DNA of 64,000 nt. Source: a virus (Duplodnaviria; Caudoviricetes). The number at the start of each line of letters is the position of its first letter. Position 1 is the first letter of the stretch. A program made the position numbers and the translations under genes. Below the pieces are notes generated by a model. That model worked only from the letters and a program-made list of their open reading frames with translations, was not told the DNA's origin and searched no databases. Of this stretch, positions 6,533 to 14,958 are shown piece after piece. Where the stretch lies: IMG/VR virus record IMGVR_UViG_3300010052_000154, positions 1 to 64,000 of that record, one strand, 5' to 3'.

Positions 6533-6838
6533 CTAGCTGTCAGGCGGGGGGGTGGGGCACCTGAAGGGCAACTCCGCCCCATTGGTCACCGCCCAGCGGC
6601 AGAGCCGCCCCACGGCCGCCCAGCCGCGCTCGCCCCAGGCCTCAACCGCCGCATCGTGCTCTGCCAGCGCGTTGTCGCTGGTGAGGGCCTCGACGGTCAG
6701 GGCCGGCTTCGCCTCAACCTCCAGGTCCGCACTCGGCGGGTAGGCGGTCAGCCGGGGTTCCCTGCTGGCGCAACTGCACGCAAGCGCGGCGCAGGCGGCC
6801 AGGGCCAGGCTTCTGATCAGGCGCGGACTGGATAGCAC
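6533..6838 (-). CDS. Outer-membrane spanin (Rz1-like lipoprotein)
   Basis: Lipobox-like LACSC, Pro-rich, overlaps the Rz gene in another frame. Confidence 0.7.
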   Translation of the reverse strand: MLSSPRLIRSLALAACAALACSCASREPRLTAYPPSADLEVEAKPALTVEALTSDNALAEHDAAVEAWGERGWAAVGRLCRWAVTNGAELPFRCPTPPPDS

Positions 6839-7082
6839 GGGACTGCTCCTCTTCGGCGGCGGTGATGCGGTGGGTGTCTTCGGCGCGCTGGCCAGCGGCT
6901 GCGGTGTTGGCCTGGCCGACGATCTCGACGGCCGAGACGCGCGCGGCTTCGGCCCGGTCTTTCTGCAGCTGCACGCCTGAACACTGGCCGAGCATGAAGA
7001 CCGGCCCGGCGACGGCGACGGCGCCGACCAGCGCGGGCCACCAGGCGCGGGCAGCGGCGCGGGCGGCCATCCACTGGATCAT
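6714..7082 (-). CDS. Inner-membrane spanin (Rz-like)
   Basis: N-terminal TM helix, Ala-rich coiled region, C-terminal cysteines, position after the endolysin. Confidence 0.7.
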   Translation of the reverse strand: MIQWMAARAAARAWWPALVGAVAVAGPVFMLGQCSGVQLQKDRAEAARVSAVEIVGQANTAAAGQRAEDTHRITAAEEEQSRAIQSAPDQKPGPGRLRRACVQLRQQGTPADRLPAECGPGG

Positions 7083-7453
7083 GACGCCACTCCCTCAGGC
7101 CAATCGGGAAGATCGACGGTCTGTCCGGCGAGGGCATGCGTGCAGTCGCTGAGGAACTGGATATGGCCGTCGGTGATGAAGGAGTGGCAGCGCGCGCACT
7201 CAAAGCCCCAGCCTTCATCGTCGGGGGGCGGCTTAGTGCACCAGCAGCCCTTCGCCGGATCATGGCCCGGCATGTAGTGGCCGCTGGTAACCAGCACCGA
7301 AGGGGTGAAAGTCGGCCGCTCCGGGTCGCCGTTGTACGCCCATCCCGCCCCGGCGCTGTCCTGGACGCGGATCAAGTGGGGCTCGCTGCAACCTGGGCAG
7401 TGGAACATGATCCGGCCGCCCTCGACCGAGCGCAGCTTCGACGAGAGCATCAT
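7079..7453 (-). CDS. Cys/His-rich conserved phage protein (DUF6527-like)
   Basis: FHCPGC...WAYNGD..RPTFTPSVL...CHSFITDG.IQFLSDCTH pattern. Confidence 0.7.
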   Translation of the reverse strand: MMLSSKLRSVEGGRIMFHCPGCSEPHLIRVQDSAGAGWAYNGDPERPTFTPSVLVTSGHYMPGHDPAKGCWCTKPPPDDEGWGFECARCHSFITDGHIQFLSDCTHALAGQTVDLPDWPEGVAS

Positions 7454-7535
7454 GGCTCCCTCCTGTCGGTGATGATGAAGAGGACCGCGAGCGCCGCGAG
7501 GATCAGCACGACGCCGATCAACTTGAGGCGGCGGA

Positions 7536-8237
7536 TCAGCGCCAGCCGCCAGCCTGCAGGGCGGCCTGGAAGGTCACGGCGTAGCCGGCGATCAGCGCGG
7601 CCTTGTCCGTTCCGTTGACGATCCTGCGGGCGTTCTCGAACTGCTTGGCGTCCGCCACCTCGGGCAGATAGGTCCGAAGGCCCTTGCCGGTGAACCAGCC
7701 CTCGCGCATTCCGCGCACGATGATGCGCGCGGAAATCGCCGGCTCGAGCGCGAGGTCGTAGTTGGCGATCAGCCGGCCGCTGAGCTCGAGCTCGCGGTCG
7801 GCGCGCTCGTAGTTCTGGTCCCAGGTCAACTGGACGTCGCCGCGGCCGTAGGCAATCTGGCCGCCGTTCCGGCCGGGCTTGCCATAGGACCGCCCTGCCC
7901 CCTTCCCGTACTCGCGGACCGGTCGCAGCGTGCCGGCGGTCTCGTGTACCGCCGTGGCTAGCACATAGGCGGCCCACGACGCCGAAAACCGCTCGGCGGC
8001 GCAGGCCGCCAGGATCCGGGTGCAGCCGTCGACCTCCTCCTGGGAGAGCGTCGGGCCAAGCGGCGGGCGGGCGCGGACGTAGGCGAAGAACTGCGCGGCG
8101 TCAGCGAGGCCGCGGGGAGCCGCTGGGGCCGCCTCAGCCGTAGCGGGTGCACCTTGCGGCGCTGAGCCCTCCAGCGCGCCCCGCAGGCCCGCCAGAGCAG
8201 CCTCGGCGGCAGCGAGGTAGTCGAAGGCGGCGCTCAC
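7536..8237 (-). CDS. Endolysin, glycoside hydrolase family 19-like
   Basis: ATAVHETA..L.PVREYG and YGRGDVQLTWDQNY motifs. Confidence 0.9.
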   Translation of the reverse strand: MSAAFDYLAAAEAALAGLRGALEGSAPQGAPATAEAAPAAPRGLADAAQFFAYVRARPPLGPTLSQEEVDGCTRILAACAAERFSASWAAYVLATAVHETAGTLRPVREYGKGAGRSYGKPGRNGGQIAYGRGDVQLTWDQNYERADRELELSGRLIANYDLALEPAISARIIVRGMREGWFTGKGLRTYLPEVADAKQFENARRIVNGTDKAALIAGYAVTFQAALQAGGWR

Positions 8238-8596
8238 AGCTTCACCCGCTGATCCTCGGGCAACTCGCCCTCGTCGGCCAGCGGCGGCTCCACCACAGCG
8301 GGCGTGGCCTGGCCAGAATTCACACGCGCGACCTCGACTTCGGCCGCGACCCGGTTTGACTTGAAGACCTCGATCGACTTGCCGATGTAGATCGCGCCGA
8401 CGCCGGCCAGCGAGGCAGCGATGTAGAGGGCGCCGTCATTGCCATCGTGAACCCGATAGGCGACGACAACGATTCCCCAGGACGCCGCCAGCGAAGTCGA
8501 GATAATCGCGAACGGCCGCGCCAGGTCCGCGATGAAGACCTTCACCGCCTCCATGCCCCGCGGGCCGGCGCCGCGCACAGCACCTTGTCCGTTCAT
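8234..8596 (-). CDS. Probable holin
   Basis: Two hydrophobic helices, directly upstream of and overlapping the endolysin start. Confidence 0.6.
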   Translation of the reverse strand: MNGQGAVRGAGPRGMEAVKVFIADLARPFAIISTSLAASWGIVVVAYRVHDGNDGALYIAASLAGVGAIYIGKSIEVFKSNRVAAEVEVARVNSGQATPAVVEPPLADEGELPEDQRVKL

Positions 8597-9027
8597 TCGG
8601 CCGCTCCTGAAGCTGGTTTCACGCCGGTTCCCCTCGCCTCCCAGACGGTCTGCCGAGGCTTGGCATGGGGGATGTTGTTCGCCTCGAGGAGCCGCTCGTA
8701 GGCTTCAACCTGCGACCAGGCCGTCCGCAGCTCGCCTTCGAGCAAAAGGATCTTGGCGTCCTTCTCGGCGATCTGCCGGGCATGCTCGCGGCGCAGGTCC
8801 GCTAGCTCCTCCTCGACCTCCTCGATGCGCTCCCGGAGCCGCTCGATTTCGTCCTGCTGGGTCTTGATGACCGCGCCAGCGGCATCCTGGGCGATTTTGA
8901 TAAGGTCGCCGCGATCACGCCGCTCAGCGCCGCGATTAGTCGTCCACTGCTTATAGACGGCGAAGAAGCCGGGGGCGGCGACGAGGAGGAACGGCCACAT
9001 CCGCTCCAGAACCTGAAACGCATCCAC
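8593..9027 (-). CDS. Membrane-anchored coiled-coil protein (lysis-associated)
   Basis: One N-terminal TM segment followed by a heptad-rich region. Confidence 0.65.
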   Translation of the reverse strand: MDAFQVLERMWPFLLVAAPGFFAVYKQWTTNRGAERRDRGDLIKIAQDAAGAVIKTQQDEIERLRERIEEVEEELADLRREHARQIAEKDAKILLLEGELRTAWSQVEAYERLLEANNIPHAKPRQTVWEARGTGVKPASGAAE

Positions 9028-9035
9028 TTCGCCCC

Positions 9036-10097
9036 CTATGCTCCAGCACCGGTCACGACCAGCCGCTGGCCCGGCTTCAGGGTGATCTCGATCACCTCGG
9101 GCCGGGGCTCGGCGGGCGCGGGCGGCGAAAGCCAGCGGTCGGCTGCTGCAGCCATGGCCACGGCGCTATCGGCCCCGCGTGGCGTGGTGACATTGGCCTC
9201 TCCGATCACGCCTGCGTTGAGCTCGAAGGCCTGGGCGACGTTGCCCCGCACGCGGCCCGTCGAGTTCGTGGTCATGAACCGCGCGAAGCCGCCATCGCTG
9301 GCCGCCAGCAGGGCCTCGTTGCCTTCTATCAGCAGATCGTCGGCCGCGTTGACGGCGATGGCGTTGTAGCCGCAGCCGATCAGCGTGTTGTCGCGGATCA
9401 CGAGGCGCTTGTGGCGCTTCTGGACGAAGATGCCCTGGATGCGCTGCGGGCCGGCGTCGATCAGGTTGCCTTCGATCAGGACGTCCTCCGCCTCGCCCGA
9501 GGCCTGGATGCCGTCAGGATGGGCGCCGGGCATCGGCACAAAGCCACGCAAGACATTGCGTAGAATGCGGACGGCGCCGCCCCCGCCGTACTGGATGCCG
9601 TCAGAGCCGAGGTCGTGCAGGCGGTTGTCCTGGACCGTGATCTTCCGGCCGGTCAACAGCATGCCCATGGTGAGGTCGAAGAACTCGCACCCGTCCACCA
9701 ACAGGTCCTCGACGCCGCCGACGACCTGAATGCCGACGCCGTAGCGCCCGCCGTCGCCTGCTTTGCGGCCGTAGAACCGGGAGCCTACGAACTGGACGGC
9801 CTTCCCCGTCGTCACCCGCACCGCGTTGGCGTTGACGTCCTTCGCGGCGGTGACGTCGAAGTCGATCCCTCGGAAGATCAGCGGCGAACCGCCCTCCCCG
9901 CCGATGAACGCCGTGCCCTTGATGCGAGCCGGGCTCGCCGCATCGGCCGACACGAAGATCAGGGGTTTGTCGCCACCCTTCACGCCCGAGGTGCGCAGGC
10001 CGACGTAATCGCCCGCCGCCAGCGCGAGGGTATCGCCAGGCGCAGCCTTGCTGATCGCCGCGACCAGTGTCGCGGGCGTGGTCGAAGTCTCTGCCAT
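9036..10097 (-). CDS. Right-handed parallel beta-helix protein (pectate-lyase-like, possible depolymerase)
   Basis: Repeating I.DN.. / VLIEGN / HPDGIQ beta-helix rungs. Confidence 0.8.
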   Translation of the reverse strand: MAETSTTPATLVAAISKAAPGDTLALAAGDYVGLRTSGVKGGDKPLIFVSADAASPARIKGTAFIGGEGGSPLIFRGIDFDVTAAKDVNANAVRVTTGKAVQFVGSRFYGRKAGDGGRYGVGIQVVGGVEDLLVDGCEFFDLTMGMLLTGRKITVQDNRLHDLGSDGIQYGGGGAVRILRNVLRGFVPMPGAHPDGIQASGEAEDVLIEGNLIDAGPQRIQGIFVQKRHKRLVIRDNTLIGCGYNAIAVNAADDLLIEGNEALLAASDGGFARFMTTNSTGRVRGNVAQAFELNAGVIGEANVTTPRGADSAVAMAAAADRWLSPPAPAEPRPEVIEITLKPGQRLVVTGAGA

Positions 10098-10105
10098 GGG
10101 AGCTC

Positions 10106-12241
10106 CTACGGGCTGACGATGTAGTCGCCGCCGGCCGCGTAGTACGGCTGGACGGGAATGCTGGCCTCGCCGGAGAACTGGCCGCGCAGCATGGAGGCCT
10201 TGTTTGCGACGTCGGCGCGGATCGTGGTGTCGTTGGTCGGGTTGAACGGCTGCGAGCCGTAGGGCCCGGAGACGTAGGCCGAGGACGAGGCGAACGGCGT
10301 GCCGCTGAAGGTGTAGGTCACGCTCTGCGTCGTGCCCGAGACGGCGTTGATCGTGGCTCCGGTCGGCGAGAGTGGACTGGCGAAGCTGGACGCCGCCGCG
10401 AACCGCAGCCCGCCCCGGAAATCGGAGGCATAGGCCGTGTTGACCAGTTCCAGGCCGCTCGCCCCGTTGAGATCGAAGGTCACCGTGATCTGGCTGGAAC
10501 TGTTCTTGACCACGGAGACGAGCTTAGGGCCGTTGCGGTCGGACCCGGCGACGCCCTTCATCGCGAGCACCATCTTGCCCATGCGTCGGGCCTGCTCGGC
10601 ATAGGGCGACGGATCGCCGGTGATCACCAGGTGGTAGAGATCGACGTGCTGGAGATCCATCGTGTAGGGGCCGAGGTAGTAGCGGCTCGGCTGGTCCTGG
10701 GTCATCTGCCACTGGAGCCGGCGCATCGCCTCCAGATCAGCGTCGTTGCCGTTCCAGATCGCACCGACCGGCGTCAGCACCACCTTGATCGGGTGACCGA
10801 CGATCTCCTCGATGCGCGCCACAATCAAATCCATGTTCGCGGCGTAGTTGGCGCGCTCGGCCGCCGAGTGATCGTAGTGGCCGCCGGCGTCGATCAGCAC
10901 CGACAAATTGCCGCCGGCCCGGCGAATACCCAGCTCGAGCGCCGTGAACGTCGCCGTGCCCGGGATGCGCTCGCGCACGAAGGTCCCGCCGACGCCGCCG
11001 CGGATGATCGAAAGCGGCGGCGATGAGATGCCGTCCATGATCGTCTTGGCCAACAGCGCGATCGGCGAGTTGTTCGGGACCGTGTTGACGCGGGCCAGGA
11101 TCTCGGACGTCACCGCCGAGTTGGCCGCCGCGGTCGAGCCATCGACCATCCAGGCGTTGGCCGGCCGGGTCAGGGTGATGCCGGCGGTCTGCGACCACAT
11201 CTGTTGCATCAGGCTCTGGCCGTAGGTCGCGATCACTTCCCCGGCCATCATGTTCGGCGTGAACGCGTAGGCCGAAGCACTCGCCGCCAGGCCGCTGCGC
11301 CGCACGCGGGCATAGAAGGAGGAAGGCAGAGACGCCGATGCAATGGTCGCCTTGCCGAGCCACGTCCCGCTGCTGGCGGAGAAGCTGGTGAGGGGCTGAT
11401 CGTCATGGCCGCTGACGATGGCTCCCGTTGCCGCGTTGTAGAGCGTGTAGGTCAGGCCGCTCGGCGCCGAGCCGCTGTAGTCGCCCCGCAGGATCAATGA
11501 GAGATCACCGTTGGTTTCGCGCTGGCGAATGCGCGCCGGGCTTTCGCAGCGGAGCATCGCCATGGTCGCCGCGTCACCGCACTCGAAGTCCTCGACCGAG
11601 ACCGCCGGAATGTTGCCTTGGAAGCCGTGGGCGAAGGTCAGCGGCACGCCCTTCGATGTGACGTTGTAGTCGGCATAGATCTTCATGCCGTTGTGGTAGA
11701 CGTCCATCATCCGGTCCGTACCGGAGGCGAAGTAGCGCTCTTCGATGATGTCGCCGGCCAGAACCGCGACGTTGACCGCAGTGTTGCCGCTGCCGTTCAC
11801 GCCATTGACAGTCGGGGTGATGCTTAGGCCGCCGCTGTTGCCCGACGCGGCCCATGAGAGCGCCACCTTCGACACGGCCCCGCCATTCGGCACGGTCAGC
11901 ATGTCGGCTCCGACGGATGAGGAGAAGGCGGCCAGGGCCGTGCGCCGGCGCACCCATTGTTCCGTCGGAGTTTCTGACGGCGTGTATACCCCGTAGGTGC
12001 TGATCGGCGATGTCCCGATCGAGCCCGAGAGCTTGCCGACTGTGACCACCTGCAGCCCGTCGAAGTTGGTCCCGCTGAGAGCGAGCGTTTGCCAGGAGCC
12101 GCCCGGCCGGGTGCGTCCGTTCAGCGTGCCGGTCGGCGCGCCGAAGTCGTCATAGAAGGCCGCCGGCCAAGGCGTCGGAGCCGGCGCGCCGGGCACATTG
12201 GACCCCGCAGTAAGACCAAGGCCCAAGCCAAGCGTAAGCAT
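10106..12241 (-). CDS. Virion spike/fibre protein with Rcc01080-like N-terminal peptide and SGNH (sialate O-acetylesterase-like) domain
   Basis: Starts MLTLGLGLGL. Contains YGQSL (block I) and DLYH (DxxH) motifs. Follows the spike-base gene. Confidence 0.7.
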   Translation of the reverse strand: MLTLGLGLGLTAGSNVPGAPAPTPWPAAFYDDFGAPTGTLNGRTRPGGSWQTLALSGTNFDGLQVVTVGKLSGSIGTSPISTYGVYTPSETPTEQWVRRRTALAAFSSSVGADMLTVPNGGAVSKVALSWAASGNSGGLSITPTVNGVNGSGNTAVNVAVLAGDIIEERYFASGTDRMMDVYHNGMKIYADYNVTSKGVPLTFAHGFQGNIPAVSVEDFECGDAATMAMLRCESPARIRQRETNGDLSLILRGDYSGSAPSGLTYTLYNAATGAIVSGHDDQPLTSFSASSGTWLGKATIASASLPSSFYARVRRSGLAASASAYAFTPNMMAGEVIATYGQSLMQQMWSQTAGITLTRPANAWMVDGSTAAANSAVTSEILARVNTVPNNSPIALLAKTIMDGISSPPLSIIRGGVGGTFVRERIPGTATFTALELGIRRAGGNLSVLIDAGGHYDHSAAERANYAANMDLIVARIEEIVGHPIKVVLTPVGAIWNGNDADLEAMRRLQWQMTQDQPSRYYLGPYTMDLQHVDLYHLVITGDPSPYAEQARRMGKMVLAMKGVAGSDRNGPKLVSVVKNSSSQITVTFDLNGASGLELVNTAYASDFRGGLRFAAASSFASPLSPTGATINAVSGTTQSVTYTFSGTPFASSSAYVSGPYGSQPFNPTNDTTIRADVANKASMLRGQFSGEASIPVQPYYAAGGDYIVSP

Positions 12242-12290
12242 CGTCGAAACCTCGAAGCGTCGTGATCGATTGTCGGGAGAGGTCTGCGGG

Positions 12291-12722
12291 CTACCGAAGA
12301 CCCAGGAGCCCGGCAGTGTTGCCGGTGGCGGCCAGCTGGACGACGCGGAATGGAATAATCTGACCCGCGGTCACAGGGATCGGCTTGGCGGAGTTGTCAG
12401 ATCCGTCCGCGAACTTCACAGCCAGATAGCCGCTCGAAATGACTGCCACGCCCCTGGTCGGCGTCGACAGCGCGGTCTGAGCCGCAGTCGGAATATCGAC
12501 CACCCCCTTCGCCGGATCTGACGCAGTCAGATCAGCGATGTCATCAAGGGACAGGGTCGCAGCCAGCGACCCAGCTCGCGGCTTCTGGCCTCGAAGGTCC
12601 GAACCGTCGGGCGCGTTGAGGTTCACGCGCTGGACGTGGACTTCCAGACTGTTCTCCTCGAACTCATGGGTCGCGACGCGCTTGCCAGCGCCTTCGGTGA
12701 TCTGGAGGCTTGATGCAGTCAT
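12291..12722 (-). CDS. Head-spike base protein (RcGTA Rcc01079-like)
   Basis: C-terminal TRGVAV..SGYLAVKFADG...VTAGQIIPFRVVQLAATG motif. Confidence 0.75.
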   Translation of the reverse strand: MTASSLQITEGAGKRVATHEFEENSLEVHVQRVNLNAPDGSDLRGQKPRAGSLAATLSLDDIADLTASDPAKGVVDIPTAAQTALSTPTRGVAVISSGYLAVKFADGSDNSAKPIPVTAGQIIPFRVVQLAATGNTAGLLGLR

Positions 12723-12730
12723 GATCGCTC

Positions 12731-13051
12731 CTAAGCGTCGCGCAGGACCGCCCGGTACTTGGGCGTCCCGTTGTGGTCGTAGATTTCGAGCGCGCCCGTC
12801 ACGTCCGCGCCTTCGGGCGGACTGTCGGCCGGCGAGATGGCCTTAATCCCGAACATCGCCCGCTCGTCGGCCGTGGAGCGCTCGAGCCAACCGTCGGGGA
12901 ACTGCAGGTCGTAGGTCAGCTCGCGGGTCGGGCCGTCCGGCTGGTCCGGATCGACCAAGATGCGCGAGGTGCACGCGTTGGGGATCGTGAAGGCGCCGCT
13001 GACGTGCTTCCACGCACCGGGGCGTCCGATCTCGACCGCATATTCCGTCAT
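12731..13051 (-). CDS. Small tail-fibre-associated protein
   Basis: Position in the tail-fibre cluster, protein-like ORF. Confidence 0.55.
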   Translation of the reverse strand: MTEYAVEIGRPGAWKHVSGAFTIPNACTSRILVDPDQPDGPTRELTYDLQFPDGWLERSTADERAMFGIKAISPADSPPEGADVTGALEIYDHNGTPKYRAVLRDA

Positions 13052-13059
13052 CGGTTTCC

Positions 13060-14013
13060 TCAGTTCGGATTGGGGTTGATCCAGACGCGGAAAGTCGCTG
13101 CGACCGTGGCCGTCGCGCTCCGTCCCAGGCTGTCGGTGACCTTGACCTCAAAGGTGCCGGTTGCGGTGCCCGTGCCCATCGAATAGCCAAAGGTCGTCGT
13201 TGCACTATTCGGCGAGCTGATGCTGCCCACGCCGCTCACCAACCGCCACTGCCAGGTGACCGCGCCGACCGCGCCGGAAACAGTCGCCGTGGTTGCGTTG
13301 GTCTCTGGCTGGCCGGCGTCGCTGAAGCCTTCGACGGACGACGGCGAAGCGCTGACAGACAGCGGCGGCGCGGCCGAGCCGTTGTTGATCAGAGTGACGT
13401 AGCAGGTCTGCGTTTGCTGCTGGCCAGTGCCTTGGTCGACGACCGTGACTGACAGCGTGCCCTGCACTCCGCCCGTCGGGTAGAGCGCGCGAGACGCGCT
13501 ACAGCTGTTGCCGGCCGGCGAAATGCTAAAATCACCGCTCTTCGACCATGTCACCGAGAAGGGTCCAACGCCGCCCGAGATCGAGATGCTCGTGGAGCCC
13601 GAGACCGTGATCTCAGTCTGCGAAGGGGTCTGAACGAAGATGTCCGCCGGCGTGCTGACCGACATCGCCGGATTGCCGCGGGTCAGGGTGACGGTGACGG
13701 AGATATGCTTGGTCTCACCGGTTACGCGGTCGGTGACGGCGCAGTCGTAGACCGCGGTCAGCGTCCCGACCGACATGCCTGTCGCCTGCCACTGCGTGAT
13801 CAACGACGCCGGCATGGTTGGCACGATGGAAGTCGAACCCGAAGTTCGCGTCCAGAGGGCGTCCCAGAGCCCGGAACCGCCGCTCGGCTGGGCGGTGACG
13901 CTACCAGACACGACCGTCGAGGAGGTGTCGCTGCCGCCCGCCGTCGTCGACGACTGGCCAAGCGTGTACGGGGGTAGCGCGTACCCCATCATCAGTCCGG
14001 CGCTGTGGAGCAT
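13060..14013 (-). CDS. Ser/Thr-rich tail/fibre protein with about three Ig-like repeats
   Basis: Repeated ...V.GG.G..T..W...SG...I segments. Confidence 0.65.
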   Translation of the reverse strand: MLHSAGLMMGYALPPYTLGQSSTTAGGSDTSSTVVSGSVTAQPSGGSGLWDALWTRTSGSTSIVPTMPASLITQWQATGMSVGTLTAVYDCAVTDRVTGETKHISVTVTLTRGNPAMSVSTPADIFVQTPSQTEITVSGSTSISISGGVGPFSVTWSKSGDFSISPAGNSCSASRALYPTGGVQGTLSVTVVDQGTGQQQTQTCYVTLINNGSAAPPLSVSASPSSVEGFSDAGQPETNATTATVSGAVGAVTWQWRLVSGVGSISSPNSATTTFGYSMGTGTATGTFEVKVTDSLGRSATATVAATFRVWINPNPN

Positions 14014-14019
14014 GTCGGT

Positions 14020-14958
14020 CTAAGCGACTAGGCCCAGCTTCTTGAACTGGGCGTCGAGCACGTAGGGGCTCACGCTGAGCACCTCCGCCCGGCAGACGTC
14101 CCAGGCATTGTTGGCGGTGCTGTGCGCCGGCGCGCCCGCCGCGCCGAACTTGAACTGGCCGGGATAGAGGACGGTGGCGGCCGCCCCGCTGGACGGCTGG
14201 ATACCGATCATCGTCAGGACATCGCCCTCACGCAATCCGCTCGGCAGGGTCAGCGTGTTGGTCCCCGACACTAGCGGCACCTTCACCTTCCAGCCCGCAG
14301 TCAGGACGTCCCAGGTGATGACCCCCGCCGCCGGGGTCAGCGCGCGGAACTTGCGCGCCTCCGCAAGGGTGAAGGCGGTGGCGGCCTTGTCGTTGTTCGT
14401 GCCGCCCCAGAGGTCTTCCTTCGTCGCAGGGGATAGGCTGTTGTCCGCTGCAAGCGCAATGATCCAGTTCGAGCCTGCCGTGCCGGCGCCAAAGACGGTG
14501 TTGAGGATCAGCCGAAGCGCGCCGGTCGCGGGGTCATAGGCATCGATGTAGCCGATACCGCGCTTGCTGCGGTCGGTCGCGAGGGTCTGGGCCGCCCCCT
14601 GTCCCGGCGCAAAAGCCTTCCCGGTCTGGATCACCAGATCCACCGCGCCGGTCTGGAGCGTTGCGGGTGTGACGCTGGTAGCCTTCGTCCCAGGCGCGTT
14701 GATCGCGGTGAGCGCGAACTCCGCGGCCTGGGACCGCGACTGCGAAGCCGCAAGGCGGTCGGCCGCGGTCGCGGTCGCGTCGCTCTGTGTCGACCGGGCG
14801 TTCGCCTCGGCGGCGTCGCCGACCGCCTTGACCTGCTGCCCAAACGGCGACAGCGCCGCGGTGAAGGCGTCTGCCTTGTCGTTGAAGTCGTCTGGCTGGG
14901 CGTTCCGACCTGGGAACGGCGGAAGGACGTCGATGGCCGGGGTTACGGTGACCGCCAT
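14020..14958 (-). CDS. Tail fibre / baseplate-attached protein
   Basis: ATG at 14958 overlaps the upstream TGA. N-terminal PPFPGR..PDDFNDKADAF anchor motif typical of this tail type. Confidence 0.75.
   Translation of the reverse strand: MAVTVTPAIDVLPPFPGRNAQPDDFNDKADAFTAALSPFGQQVKAVGDAAEANARSTQSDATATAADRLAASQSRSQAAEFALTAINAPGTKATSVTPATLQTGAVDLVIQTGKAFAPGQGAAQTLATDRSKRGIGYIDAYDPATGALRLILNTVFGAGTAGSNWIIALAADNSLSPATKEDLWGGTNNDKAATAFTLAEARKFRALTPAAGVITWDVLTAGWKVKVPLVSGTNTLTLPSGLREGDVLTMIGIQPSSGAAATVLYPGQFKFGAAGAPAHSTANNAWDVCRAEVLSVSPYVLDAQFKKLGLVA

Noticed and set aside
13060-14958. Diversity-generating retroelement acting on the tail fibres
   Set aside because: No reverse transcriptase and no template/variable repeat pair were seen.
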